64,000 nucleotides of DNA from Leucoraja erinacea. Its lineage: Eukaryota. The translations under genes were made by a program, and so were the position numbers. Position 1 is the stretch's first letter. Each line of letters opens with the position of its first letter. Below are positions 1 through 10,714 of the stretch, piece after piece. The stretch lies in assembly GCF_028641065.1 (NCBI RefSeq), contig NC_073397.1:26350001-26414000 (forward strand), given 5' to 3'. The notes beneath the pieces are model-generated. The model made no database searches. It saw only the letters and a list, made by a program, of their open reading frames with translations, and was not told the origin of the DNA.

Positions 1-212
1 CATGATAACGGGAATAGTGCAAGATTATGTCCAGTAAAGTCCGGTAAAGATAGTCCAAGGGTCTCCAGTGACGTAGATGGTAGCTCACGACCTTTCTCGA
101 GTTGTTGATAGGATGGTTCAGTTGCCTGATATTAGCTGGGAAGAAACTCTCTCTGAATCTGGAGGTGTGCATTTATCACATCTGTACCTCTTGCCGGAAG
201 GGAGAGGGGGAG
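1..212 (-). mobile_element. Rex1/Babar-like LINE, ORF C-terminus and 3' UTR fragment
   Basis: Minus strand encodes LPSGKRYR, a typical Rex1/Babar C-terminal motif. Same sequence family as 37950-38150 and 43005-43435. Confidence 0.7.
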
Positions 213-2594
213 GGGGATTTGGAACAGAACTGAGAACTTCAGGGGTGTTTTTATTACATCCTTGGCTCACTAGTACCTCACTGAATATGTTGATGCTTGC
301 CAAGAGCATCTCATTAAGTAATTAGGCCTATTGTCGCCTTGCAGGAATATGTCCATATACAGAGCATTCTACCTCCAGGTTCACTGGGGAGATATAAATG
401 CTCTTATTGCAGTATTTAACAAAGTGAGACATACAAGTTTAGTAAAAGACAAAATTGATCAGATTCAGTTCTGAAATGTTAAACTCAGAGGTCACATTTA
501 AGTCTCAAACTATAAACTCATGTCACTTAATTAACACTGAAATGTAATATCTGATCATCTATCCCTGATTGAAAAACATATACAATCATTTAATTTTGAT
601 ATTTATGGCATGTCTTCCAAGTAATATGTTCAACAAGCAGAAATTAAGAATGAAATGTCAATTCATTGCAAAATTCAAACTGTCAAAATATCCAACCTCG
701 TCCATATTGTCATAAAATAGGCTGCCAGAGGGGACAAAAGTTAGAAATTATTCAACTCTACTTGCAGTATAATCTATGCCTCCCAGGAACTTGCAAGTCT
801 GCTTTACCTCGGCTATAGGGACATGCATTATCCAGCCTTTGTAAATCAGGGCATTCCTGAAAACCAGATGTCCATTCCCTCTAGACACCCGTACGGCTTT
901 TTTTTTCTGACAGTTCAGTTCAGATGATGGTTCGTTTCGTCTTAACTGAATTCCACAACACAACAGTTGTCATATTTGATTTGTCATATTCAATTAAGTT
1001 TATTTGTAATACCCTGAACAGTTTGACAGGCTCAAATAAGCAGAAGAGAATGATGCACAAGTTTCCATTTTAAAAATTTAGACTATATTGGCCAACAAAA
1101 AGGGTACTACCATTTTTGAGTGTATCATCTGGATAAAATAACATTTGACAGCGCGCAGATGTCACTCGAAGTTTTAGTACATTAAATAACTGCTTCTGCA
1201 TACAAGGAAGAATAGGAGCTACCAGAGGAGTGCATTTTACACCATCAGTGGTATGGCTACAGTTTAAGTGTTGCAGACCTTTGACACATTATTTTCCCAG
1301 GCCAGGTAAAATGTCCAAGACGGTAGAGTCACAATGTTGCCTGTATAGGAGGTAATGAGATCATTAAAATAGCTGAAAATGCCTTTTTGCCAAGTACAGG
1401 AAGATTTCACTGAACAAACCCCATGGTGAGGAGTCCACTTCAAACTGATGGACAGTCAGGAGCCTTCCTGCTGCCTTTTTCTATTGAATGCTTTAGATTA
1501 CAACCACTCTTGTTTTGAAAAGGAGGTTTGCATTAGACATTAATTCTGTCATAATATTAGAACATAAATCATTATTGTTACGGGTTATTAAATGACAGAT
1601 GTAATAATCTCCAGGCTGTCGAGTTTTAACCCATTGGTGTATTTCAAGAATAATTCAGCAAAATTGTAGATAAAGGTGACTCTTCAGCATGTTGGACACT
1701 ATTTTTTGAGAAGTCAGGGTATGGATACTATATGGTTCCTGTGACATGACAAATCTTCAGAGGAACAATGAGAGGAAAATTAAACATAAGGAATATTATA
1801 ACAAAATTGAATTTTCCAGTGTAATGTTGTTATTCAAGGAGTGTGAATCAATTGGGATTTTATTTCTCTTTTGTATAATTGTTTCCATCTGTTTCCATCT
1901 GGTGCCTAATTTTCATTTATTGACAGGATTTTGTTAGCTCTAAAATTATGCAACGTCCTTGTGTTTGGTATATAAAAACAAACTAATTGTTTCATAAGTG
2001 TGTAGATTAAATAAGTAGGCGAGATACTGATAGACACACTTTAACTAATGATGTGTGAGATTTGGATAGATATCCCAAGATATTCTATCCACTTTTACAG
2101 TATTAAAAATATATTTCCTTCTGGAGCAAAACATGGCAATAACCACTCTGAGATCTTTTAATGTCACTCCAGGAGTTTGACTGGACTCTTTATGGGATGA
2201 GTCACCCTTGCTCTCCTGACAATCAGAGCATCCATCAATTCCAGAACTCATTTGCCGAGGGGTAATCATTATCTATCATTGCGGAGGAATTTGGACCTAG
2301 TTGTCTGATCTTTGGTCATCACCAGGCCAACCATGCCTTCACACCACTATGTTGAATTGGGATCGTTCAATGGGGTAAACTCAACCCAACACTTCTCTAT
2401 TACAATCCCCAGTGTCATAATGAACGTACCTCAAATGACTTCAGCTTTGTCAGTCCTTTCAAATCCAGGTCCTCAATGGACTCAAGTGTCTCTGATTTTT
2501 ACCTACACCCATTCCAACTCAGTGGCCATCTGAAGCCACTGATGAACAAAACCCACCCAACCCAATCTCTTGTCCGAATGCTTTCCGCACTGCA

Positions 2595-2695
2595 ATGCTT
2601 ACAGTGTGCTATGTTTACATATTCTGTTGTGCTGCTGCCAGTAAAAAAATCATTGTTCCATCTGGGACATAAGACACTAAAACACTCTTGACTCT
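2595..2695 (+). mobile_element. LINE-type 3' tail fragment (probably Rex1/Babar-like)
   Basis: Homologous to 10715-10825: short stem-loop, (AA)TAAA-like signal, then a CTCTTGA repeat. Confidence 0.5.
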
Positions 2696-2923
2696 CATCC
2701 TTAGCTTTGCAATCCAAGGCCTTGATACTTGATTTATTCAAGACCTGAATTAAGGCACCAATTAGTCTAAAATATTTTGTACTCACCCCACATCCTCTGA
2801 TCCAAGGAACTTATGTTTCCAGATTCCCTGTTCCCCTGACAATTTTAGAAAGCCTAGTTGAGCCTTGGGTCTCCCAGCCTCCCACTGATCCTGCATTCAG
2901 GCCCAGGCAGCTGATCTGCATCC

Positions 2924-3095
2924 TTAGTTTAGTTTAGTTTAGATAATCAGTGCAAAAACAGGCATTTGGCCCACCAAGTCCTCGCAGACCTGCACACTTA
3001 ACGCTATCTTACACACACTAGGGACAATTTACAATAATACCAAGCCAATTAACCTACAAACCTGTACGTTTATGGAGTGTGTGAGAAAACTGGAG
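2924..3095 (-). mobile_element. HE1-like V-SINE, 3' part (split by a CR1 insertion)
   Basis: (TTTAG)n tail, CAAGCCAATTAACCTACAAACCTGTACG core; the SINE sequence resumes at ~4464. Confidence 0.85.
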
Positions 3096-4440
3096 ATAAC
3101 CATATAACCATATAACAATTACAGCACGGAAACAGGCCATCTCGGCCCTACAAGTCCGTGCCGAACAATTATTTTCCCTTAGTCCCACCTGCCTGCACTC
3201 ATACCATAACCCTCCATTCCCTTCTCATCCATATGCCTATCCAATTTATTTTTAAATGATACCAACAAACCTGCCTCCACCACTTTCCACTGGGAGCTCA
3301 TTCCACACTGCTACCACTCTCTGAGTAAAGAAGTTCCCCCTCATGTTACCCCTAAACTTCTGTCCCTTAATTCTGAAGTCATATCCTCTTGTTTGAATCT
3401 TCCCTATTCTCAAAGGGAAAAGCTTGTCCACATTAACTCTGTCTATCCCTCTCATCATTTTAAAGACCTCTATCAAGTCCCCCTTAACCTTCTGCGCTCC
3501 AGAGAATAAAGACCTTAAAGAACTTATTCAACCTTTCTCTGTAACTTAGTTGTTGAAACCCAGGCAACATTCTAGTAAATCTCCTCTGTACTCTCTCTAT
3601 TTTGTTGACATCCTTCCTATAATTGGGCGACCAAAATTGTACACCATACTCCAGATTTGGTCTCACCAATGCCTTGTACAATTTTAACATTACATCCCAG
3701 CTTCTATACTCAATGCTCTGATTTATAAAGGCTAGCATACCAAAAGCTTTTTTTACCACCCTGTCTATATGAGATTCCACCTTCAAGGAACTATGCACGG
3801 TTATTCCCAGATCCCTCTGTTCAACTGCATTCTTCAATTCCCTACCATTTACCATGTACATCCTATTTTGATTTGTCCTGCCAAGGTGTAGCACCTCACA
3901 TTTATCAGCATTAAACTCCATCTGCCATCTTTCAGCCCATTCTTCCAAATGGCCTAAATCACTCTGTAGACTTTGGAAATCCTCTTCATTATCCACAACA
4001 CCCCCTATCGTGGTATCATCTGCATACTTACTAATCCAATTTACCACACATTCATCCAGATCATTGATGTACATGACAAACAACTAAGGACCCAACACCG
4101 ATCCCTGAGGCACCCCACTAGTCACCTGCCTCCAACCCGACAAACAGCATTCCACCATTACCCTGTGGCGTCTCCCATTCAGCCACTGTTGAATCCATCT
4201 TGCTACTCCTGCATTTATACCCAACAGTTGAACCTTCTTAACCAACCTTCCATGAGGAACCTTGTCAAAGGCCTTACTAAAGTCCATATAGACAACATCC
4301 ACTGCTTTACCCTCGTCAATTTCCCTAGTAACCTCTTCAAAAAATTCAAGAAGATTAGTCAAACATGACTTTCCAGGCTCAAATCCATGTTGACTGTTCC
4401 TAATCAGACCCTGTTTATCCAGATGCTTATATATATTATC
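3096..4440 (-). mobile_element. CR1 (HER1-like) LINE, 5'-truncated, fairly young; RT pseudogene
   Basis: ORFs 4362-4084 and 4083-3484 are one frame split by a single stop. Motifs VYMDFSKAFDKVPH, GVPQGSVLGP, KYADDT, FNADKCEVLHLG, LVRPNLEY. Frameshift near 3515; short tandem tail at 3096-3117. Confidence 0.95.
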
Positions 4441-4463
4441 TCTATATATTATCTATATATATA

Positions 4464-4551
4464 GTTCCCGGAGAAAACCCACGCAGGTCACGGGGATAAC
4501 ATACAAACTCCATACAGACAAGCAACCGTAGTCAGGATCGAACACGATCTG
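4464..4551 (-). mobile_element. HE1-like V-SINE, 5' part continuing 2924-3095
   Basis: GGAGAAAACCCACGCAGGTCACGGGG...GTCAGGATCGAAC (reverse-complemented B box) continues the SINE where it stopped at 3095. Confidence 0.85.
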
Positions 4552-4670
4552 CATCCAGAAAACATGCAATACTTGTTCACCTTGGCTACAACTTTGGTTT
4601 GCAGTACAGACCATGACCAACATGGTGAAAGGAGAGAAGAGAGATCCTGCCTAAAGAGTTTCAGAGTTAA

Positions 4671-5168
4671 GGGCCTGTCCCACTTGCATGCGATTGCATG
4701 CGTTTGGCGCAACCAAACGGAAGCAGAGTTCACGCGAAGTTCGCGCGTGATGTCATTTGCGTCATACTTGCCAATCAGCTGGGCAGGAGGCGGGCCGACT
4801 GAATTTGGCACTTTACATGTCGCACAGCGTTGGGCAGTGATGTCATCACGCAACGCCACATGGGGCGGTGATGTCATCGCGCAACGCCATGCGCTAGGCG
4901 TACGGCGTCAAGACGCTGCGTACGACGTCAAGACGCTGCGTATGCCAGCAACATGCTTGCGTGCGTACGCGGGCCGACAGGCCGTTAGCGCGCAAAATTT
5001 TCAGACATTGCAGGAATTTTGGAGCCCCGCGCGATGTCGGGACCAGCCCCGCACAACTCCATACGCCTCCGCGCTCCTAAGTGGGACCAGCCCCGCGAGG
5101 CCCAGCGCCTTAAGCGACCACGAGGTCGCCTAATTTGCGAGCCAAGGTCGCGTAAGTGGGACAGGCCC
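4671..5168. mobile_element. Non-autonomous DNA transposon (MITE), 498 bp, CpG-rich; superfamily uncertain (PIF/Harbinger-like or TTAA-type)
   Basis: Perfect 15 bp TIRs GGGCCTGTCCCACTT / AAGTGGGACAGGCCC, TTAA on both flanks, internal 20 bp tandem repeats. Confidence 0.88.
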
Positions 5169-5318
5169 TTAAGTCTCTATAAAGAAAAATGTTGAGAGCA
5201 ACATGTAAAGTGTCAAAGAAGCGGACACTTCAAGGGAATTGACACATAGATAAATATCTGGTGTAGCAAAGAGAGGCTCTTTCCCATGAGACCTTGACAC
5301 CTCTTCTGGGATAGAAAG

Positions 5319-5623
5319 GTGGGCACAGTGGTAGAATTGTTGCCTTACAACGGCAGAGACTTGATTCGATCCTGGCGACAGGTGCCTGTCTATACAGAAT
5401 TTTTACCTTTTCCCGTAACCTGCGTGGGTTTTCTCTGGGATACCGGTTTCCTCCCACACTTCAAAGACATACAGGTTTGTAGGTTAATTGGCTTGCTATA
5501 ATTGAAAATTGTTCCTTGTCAGTGTAGGATAATGTTAGTGTGTGGGGATCGCTGGTTGGCGCGGACTTGGTGGGCCGAAGGGCCCGTTTCCGCGCTGTAT
5601 CTCTAAACTAAACTAAACTAAAC
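5319..5623 (+). mobile_element. HE1-like V-SINE, near full length
   Basis: tRNA-like head with B-box-like TTCGATCC, V-domain (CTGCGTGGGTTTTCTC...CCTCCCACAC), CR1-like tail GGGCCGAAGGGCC-GTTTCCGCGCTGTATCTC(TAAAC)n. Confidence 0.9.
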
Positions 5624-5629
5624 TCGAGT

Positions 5630-5757
5630 GGTACATGGATAGGCCAGGTTTAGAGGGACTTTGGCCATTTGGTGGGACGTGTAGATGGGATATGTTGGCC
5701 AGTGTGAGCAAACTGGGCTAAAAGGCCTGTTTTCACACTGTAAGACTCTGTAACTCC
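5630..5757 (+). mobile_element. CR1 3' UTR fragment
   Basis: GGATAGG..GGTTTAGAGGGA...AGGCCTGTTTTCACACTGTAAGACTCT-type CR1 tail. Confidence 0.65.
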
Positions 5758-7102
5758 AAAGCCTTAAGGAGGCCCGCAAATGCATGCCTTCTGAAGGACC
5801 TGGATACCTCTGAACAGCAATTTGTGGATTTCCATGCACAACTTGTTTGTACCGTAGAATTCTCTGTGCTTGCAGATAGCCTCCCAGTGAGTTGTACTGA
5901 GAGTTCCATGCCATAATCTCAAGAATTTGAACTAAGCCAGTTTACACATGAATCTAGGAAAAACACATGAAATGCTATGCAATACTTTACTCCAAAAGGA
6001 CATGGATGCATAGCCAAAGTTTTTAAAAGGGCAGATATTTATTTATTTGGGAAGGATTGCTAAATTTTTGTAATGTTTTACTGTAAAATCTTTTTGAGCT
6101 CTCCTCCACCCCCAGGGAATTTTTCACTTATATGTCACGTGGTCGGACAAATAGTGAAGCAGCGCTTTACATTTCAGCTTAATGATTTTACATGTTTCCC
6201 CTCAGTTGATCTTCCTTGACTTTGGACAACATCAGGATAACGTGTTTTAATGGTCAAGTTAAGTTATTACACATTAAAAGATTAAGTGACTGGTAACTTT
6301 GGAACAACAAAAGGTATGTGGCTATCTCCTGAAGTATGTACTTCCAACTCTACGTTCCAATGTGAAAATTCATTTTTTTTAAATCTGTCAATATCTGGGC
6401 TCGAATGGCCTCTCTGATTAAAACCAGCTGTGCTGAAAATTAATTTCTAGAAAACAGCTGGGTACAAACAAATTTAGCTAGCTGTTAAATTCAGAAAGAA
6501 GCAGCCAATCAAACCTAATCAAACCATTTTTACCAGATGTTTGTATTTGAATTGAAATGCTACAACTATTGTATAAGATTTAGTGTGTTTCTTGTTAAGA
6601 AGCATGGTTTATCCTTTCAAAGTACCAGACCTTTAAAACATCAATAATGTGACAAAAGGGATCACTCGCCACCCCATTAAAACTTACCTGAATGGACCAG
6701 CCTTAACCTTTTTGCTTTCTTTTAGTGTAGAACAGTTGGGCAGTTGCAGCTAATCAGATAATTCCAGTCATATCAGTGCTGAGTCTTTGGTAAGGGGCAT
6801 CAGCAGTGCCCCCTATTAAGAAGCAATGCATCTCTCCCATCCCCCTCACCCCATCATTACTAAATTCAGTACTGACTTTACACTTCAGAGATACAGCGTG
6901 GAAACAGGCCCTTCGACCCACTGAGTCCGCGCTGACCAGCAATCACCCCGTTCACTTGCACCATCCTACAAACTAGGGATTCTATAAATTTTCAATTTAT
7001 AGAATCTAATTACAAACCTGTACGTCTTTGCAGTGTGGGAGGAAACCGGAGCGCCCGGCGAAAACACACGATGTTACAGGGAGAACTTACATACTCTGTA
7101 CA

Positions 7103-7241
7103 TCTGTACATGCAGTCTGAAGAAGGGTCTCGACCCGAAACGTCACATCTTCCTTTGCTCCATAGATGCTGCCTCTCCCGCTGAGTTTCTCCTGCATTTT
7201 TATCTACCTTTGATTTTTCCGCATCTGCAGTTCCTTCTTAA
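7103..7241 (+). mobile_element. Short Penelope pLTR-derived retroposed unit with hammerhead motif
   Basis: Perfect 14 bp TSD ACATACTCTGTACA (7089-7102 / 7242-7255); matches the 3' end of the PLE at 54630-54753. Confidence 0.88.
7115..7146 (+). ncRNA. Minimal type I hammerhead-ribozyme-like motif (PLE type)
   Basis: CTGAAGA(7117)-A-GGGTC/TC/GACCC-GAAAC-GTC, with palindromic ACGT at helix III. Helix I is only about 2 bp, so activity is unproven. Confidence 0.6.
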
Positions 7242-8598
7242 ACATACTCTGTACAGACAGTGCCCATTGTCAAGATTGAATTCAGGTCTCTGGCACTGAA
7301 AGGCAGCAACTCTACCGCTAAGCCAAGGTATAACCCTGTCTGCCACTGTGCTGCCTAGCGAGATGCTGTAAAAAAAAAAAGCAATTTTAGCTGCTAATAC
7401 GTACACCTACCATTTTTTAAAATTTCTAATGAATTAAAGTCTTGAGCTAGCAAAAATTTGGCAGTGCCATATTTATCAAGGAGCTTCTTCCATATGAATC
7501 ATCCCATTCTGATCATTTCTAGGAGCAGAATTAGCATTAGTAACATTAATGATGCCAACAGATTTTATAAATTCTAAATTACTCTCCATGCTTAAAATCT
7601 ACGTTTGTTTTCTTATGTATTCCGGACATTATGTGCCTTACTTATTCACTTTAATATTCTCAATATGATAAACCCTTGTTGACATTCTGGATGAAGTACA
7701 TAGCCTGGTTTATGTAAGAAGGACCGCTGAATCTTGAGCAGTAGCTTTTCAAATTGGTTTCAGCTCTGTGGGAATCCTGGTAAAATTGATTCTTCCATGG
7801 ATAATGTCAAAGGAAGAATCAATTTTACTCTTGGACGAGAAGCCAACAATCTCTTCTTTCTCTTTCACTTCGGGCTGAGGTACATTTGAATTATTTTTAA
7901 TGCCATTTGAAGGTGGTCTTCCTTGGCTCCACTTTTCCATTGCTCTTTGGAGGCTTTCCTAGTGGTTTGATGTAGGTCACCTTATATTCCTGATCCCTGG
8001 TCAGGGATGCATAGCAACTCTTCAAATGGCCTTGCACATATTCTAATGTTCACTTTCGACCAATCCGGTCAGAAAACGTTGAGTTTAAGTCATACTCAGC
8101 TGCCCTTCTGTCCTTGTCAAGTTAACTTCCTTGAGTACGTTTAGCATTAACAGACAATGACAGCCATAACTCAAAGAGTAAACTCCTTGTTAATGTTGGG
8201 TACCTGCCAAAAACCAGGCAATAAATACCTCATCTCAGTCATTGAAATTCTGCTTGTGCACATCTTTGATATCAGTTTGACGTCAAGCTTGTCACCCAGC
8301 TTGTTTGCTTGAGGATAGTACGGTGAAATTGAAGTTGTTTTGTTTGACAGGATTTCCATAAATAAATGATTACCTGAAATTTGAAGTTTGTATTTTCGTT
8401 GGACAAAACTCTGCTGGGAAGAAAATCTAGAGACTATTTCTAACAGTACTTATTGGTTGTGGGATGTGTGCCGTAGGCCATTGAATTTAGGTACCAAGAT
8501 TCATGCCTAGTTTAATGTGTATAATTTCCATAACCATGGTATAACCAGTATATGACCTATGCTCTTCATACAAACACGAAAGATTAAATAATGTGTTG

Positions 8599-9505
8599 TA
8601 CTTCCGGTGGCGCTGGTGTCAGCAGCCTCCACCTACAGCCCGGTATCTTTTTGTTTTTTTGTTTATTTAGTTATGAAAAAGTGTGTTTTTTTGTGTTTTT
8701 TTGGTGTTTTTATGTGGGGGAAGAGGGCACGGTGCGGGGGATACCGTCCTTCAGCCGCTTCCTGGTGAGGACGCGACTATTATTCGAGTCGCGTCCTCGC
8801 CCCCCCCCCCCCTCCCCCCACAGCGGCCTACCTACCTGGATTGGCGCGGCCTTTCCTGCCGGGATCGACCGGAGCTCCAGCAGCGGCGGGACAGCGCTGG
8901 AACATCGCGGGGCTGGCGATGCCTTACCGGGGGTCGCCGTCTGGAGCCCGGAGTGCTGGACCTGCTGCACCGACATCATGGAGCTGCGGTTTGCGGAGCT
9001 CCCAACGCGGGCGGCGCTGATGGACAGCGCGGGGTCCTGTGACTCTGCCCGGCTCGGCCTGTGGACTCAGGAGCTGCAGACTCCGGCAGCGGGAGGCGGC
9101 TGATCAGGAGGTCCGGGCCGCTGAGGAGGAGGATGTTCACCGTCGGGGTTCGGCGTCGGCGTTCCACCAGCCCGGCGTGAGGGCCTGAACATCGGGCCAC
9201 CCGGGGCGGCGACTGCGGGTGCTCGGAAGGCCCCGACCACGGATGAACACGGAGGGGAGGCTGGCTGGACTATGGTGCCATCCTCACCTTGGTGCCATTT
9301 ATGTTATGTTGTGTCGTGGACTTTCTGTGTTTGTGCTTTTTTTAAAATTCAATTTCAATTTTATTTTTAATATGTTTATTATTTATTTATTATTTATTTA
9401 TTGTTTAATGATTTTTTTTTATGATACTGCCTGTAAGGGAAATTCATTTCGTTGTCTCAAATTGAGACAATGGCAATAAATTTGAATACAATACAATACA
9501 ATACA
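8599..9505 (+). mobile_element. GC/CpG-rich non-autonomous retroposon with LINE-like 3' tail
   Basis: Starts ACTTCCGGTGGCGC; GC-rich body, then AT-rich region, stem-loop TTGTCTC/GAGACAA, AATAAA and (AATAC)n tail. Degenerate possible TSD AAATAAwGTG. Confidence 0.65.
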
Positions 9506-9541
9506 AATAAAGTGGTCAGTGTTTGTCACAAACTATTAGTT

Positions 9542-9857
9542 GATTGATTGCAAGATACAGCATGGAAACAGGCCCTTCATCCTATCGAGTTCATGCTGAC
9601 CATCGATTGCCCGTGCACTCCAGTTCTATGTTATTTCACTTTTGTATCCATTTGCTACACATTTGGAGGCAATTTAGAGGCCAAATAACCTGCACAACTT
9701 TGGGATGTGGGAAGAAACTGAAGCACCCGGGGGAAACCTTTGTGGTCACAGGGAGAATGTGCAAACTCCACACAGACAACAACCAAGGTCAGGATCGTAT
9801 CCAGGTCTCTGGCAGTGTGACGCAGCAGCTCTACCAAATCCGCCACTGTGCCACCCC
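9542..9857 (-). mobile_element. HE1-like V-SINE, variant subfamily
   Basis: (GATT)n tail, GATACAGCATGGAAACAGGCC, TGCAAACTCCACACAGAC, GTCAGGATCG; similar to 22414-22737. Confidence 0.85.
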
Positions 9858-9937
9858 ATTATCCACAGTTTTACCCATTGGGTGATTTTACTGATACATC
9901 TTTAAAAAACAAAATCTTGAAACCATGAATAGCCAGA

Positions 9938-10035
9938 TACAGACTCCACACAGACAGCACAGAAGGTGAGGATCAAACCCTATTTGCTGGAGCTGTGAGG
10001 TAGCAGCTCTACTTTCTATACCACTGTGTCACCCC
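9938..10035 (-). mobile_element. V-SINE 5' fragment
   Basis: CTCCACACAGACAGCAC...GAGGATCAAACCC...GCTGTGAGGTAGCAGCTCTAC...CCACTGTG. Confidence 0.7.
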
Positions 10036-10198
10036 TGCTCCGTCATAGAGCCCTGATTAACATGAAAACAGGCCCGTTAACCCACCCAGTCCACACTCAT
10101 CATTAAACACTCATTCATGCCAATCCTACTTTATTCTGTTCACATTACCTAATGTTACCATGCACTAACACTCTAGTTTAAAGGAAGTATATATACTG

Positions 10199-10415
10199 AC
10201 AGTAGATAAAAATGCTGGAGGAACTCAGCGGGTGAGGCAGCATCAATGGAGAGAAGGAATAGGCGATGTTTCAGGTCGAGACCTCTGAAGAAGGGTCTCA
10301 ACCCGAAACATCGGCAATCCCTTCTCTCCACAGATGCTGCCTCATCCGCTGAGTTCCTCCAGCATTTTGTCCACCTTTGATTTTTCCAGCATCTGCAGTT
10401 CTTTCTTAAACATTT
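10199..10415 (+). mobile_element. PLE pLTR fold-back insert (inverted plus direct arm) with hammerhead motif
   Basis: Arms ~10203-10283 and ~10285-10375 are reverse complements; CTGAAGA at 10285; 11 bp TSD TATATATACTG (10188-10198 / 10416-10426). Confidence 0.85.
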
Positions 10416-10444
10416 TATATATACTGCCGTTATTTTTACAGAAT

Positions 10445-10645
10445 AAGAGCAGGGTGCCTGGTACGTGCTGCCAGAGAGAGTGATTGAAGCAGATACGATA
10501 GCAAAGTTTAAGAGGCATTTAGACAGAAACAAGAACAGGCAGGGAATTTACAGATATATAAACCGCGTGAAGGTGGATGCGTAGTTTATATTGGCATCAT
10601 TTTTGGCACAAATGTGGGCCAAAGGGCATAGTCCTGTGCTGTTTT
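10445..10645 (+). mobile_element. CR1 3' end fragment
   Basis: GCCTGG.ACGTGCTGCCAG...TTTAAGAGGCATTTAGACAG...GGGCCAAAGGGC..GTCCTGTGCTGT. Confidence 0.7.
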
Positions 10646-10714
10646 ATTGTATGTTCTATGATTCCCAGAAAAAAAACCAGACACTTCAGCACAGTACTGG
10701 GGATGGCATTTATC

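Larger units (their letters stand above)
6875..7355 (-). mobile_element. HE1-like V-SINE interrupted by a PLE-derived insert
   Basis: SINE sequence is contiguous across the 7103-7241 insert once the 14 bp duplication is removed. Confidence 0.88.

Noticed and set aside
3973-4368. 131 aa plus-strand ORF
   Set aside because: Antisense shadow of the CR1 RT.
4897-4945. 20 bp tandem repeats superficially like a CRISPR array
   Set aside because: No unique spacers, eukaryotic context, and internal to a MITE.
4564-5133. 189 aa ORF and the overlapping minus-strand ORF
   Set aside because: Lies across a GC-rich MITE; long because stops are rare in GC-rich DNA; no transposase motifs.
7749-8359. Two short minus-strand ORFs in unique sequence
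   Set aside because: Short, not joined by convincing splice sites, and no recognisable homology.
8591-9200. Several overlapping ORFs and an apparent CpG-island promoter
   Set aside because: ORFs on both strands reflect GC content; the LINE-like tail argues for a retroposon rather than a host first exon.
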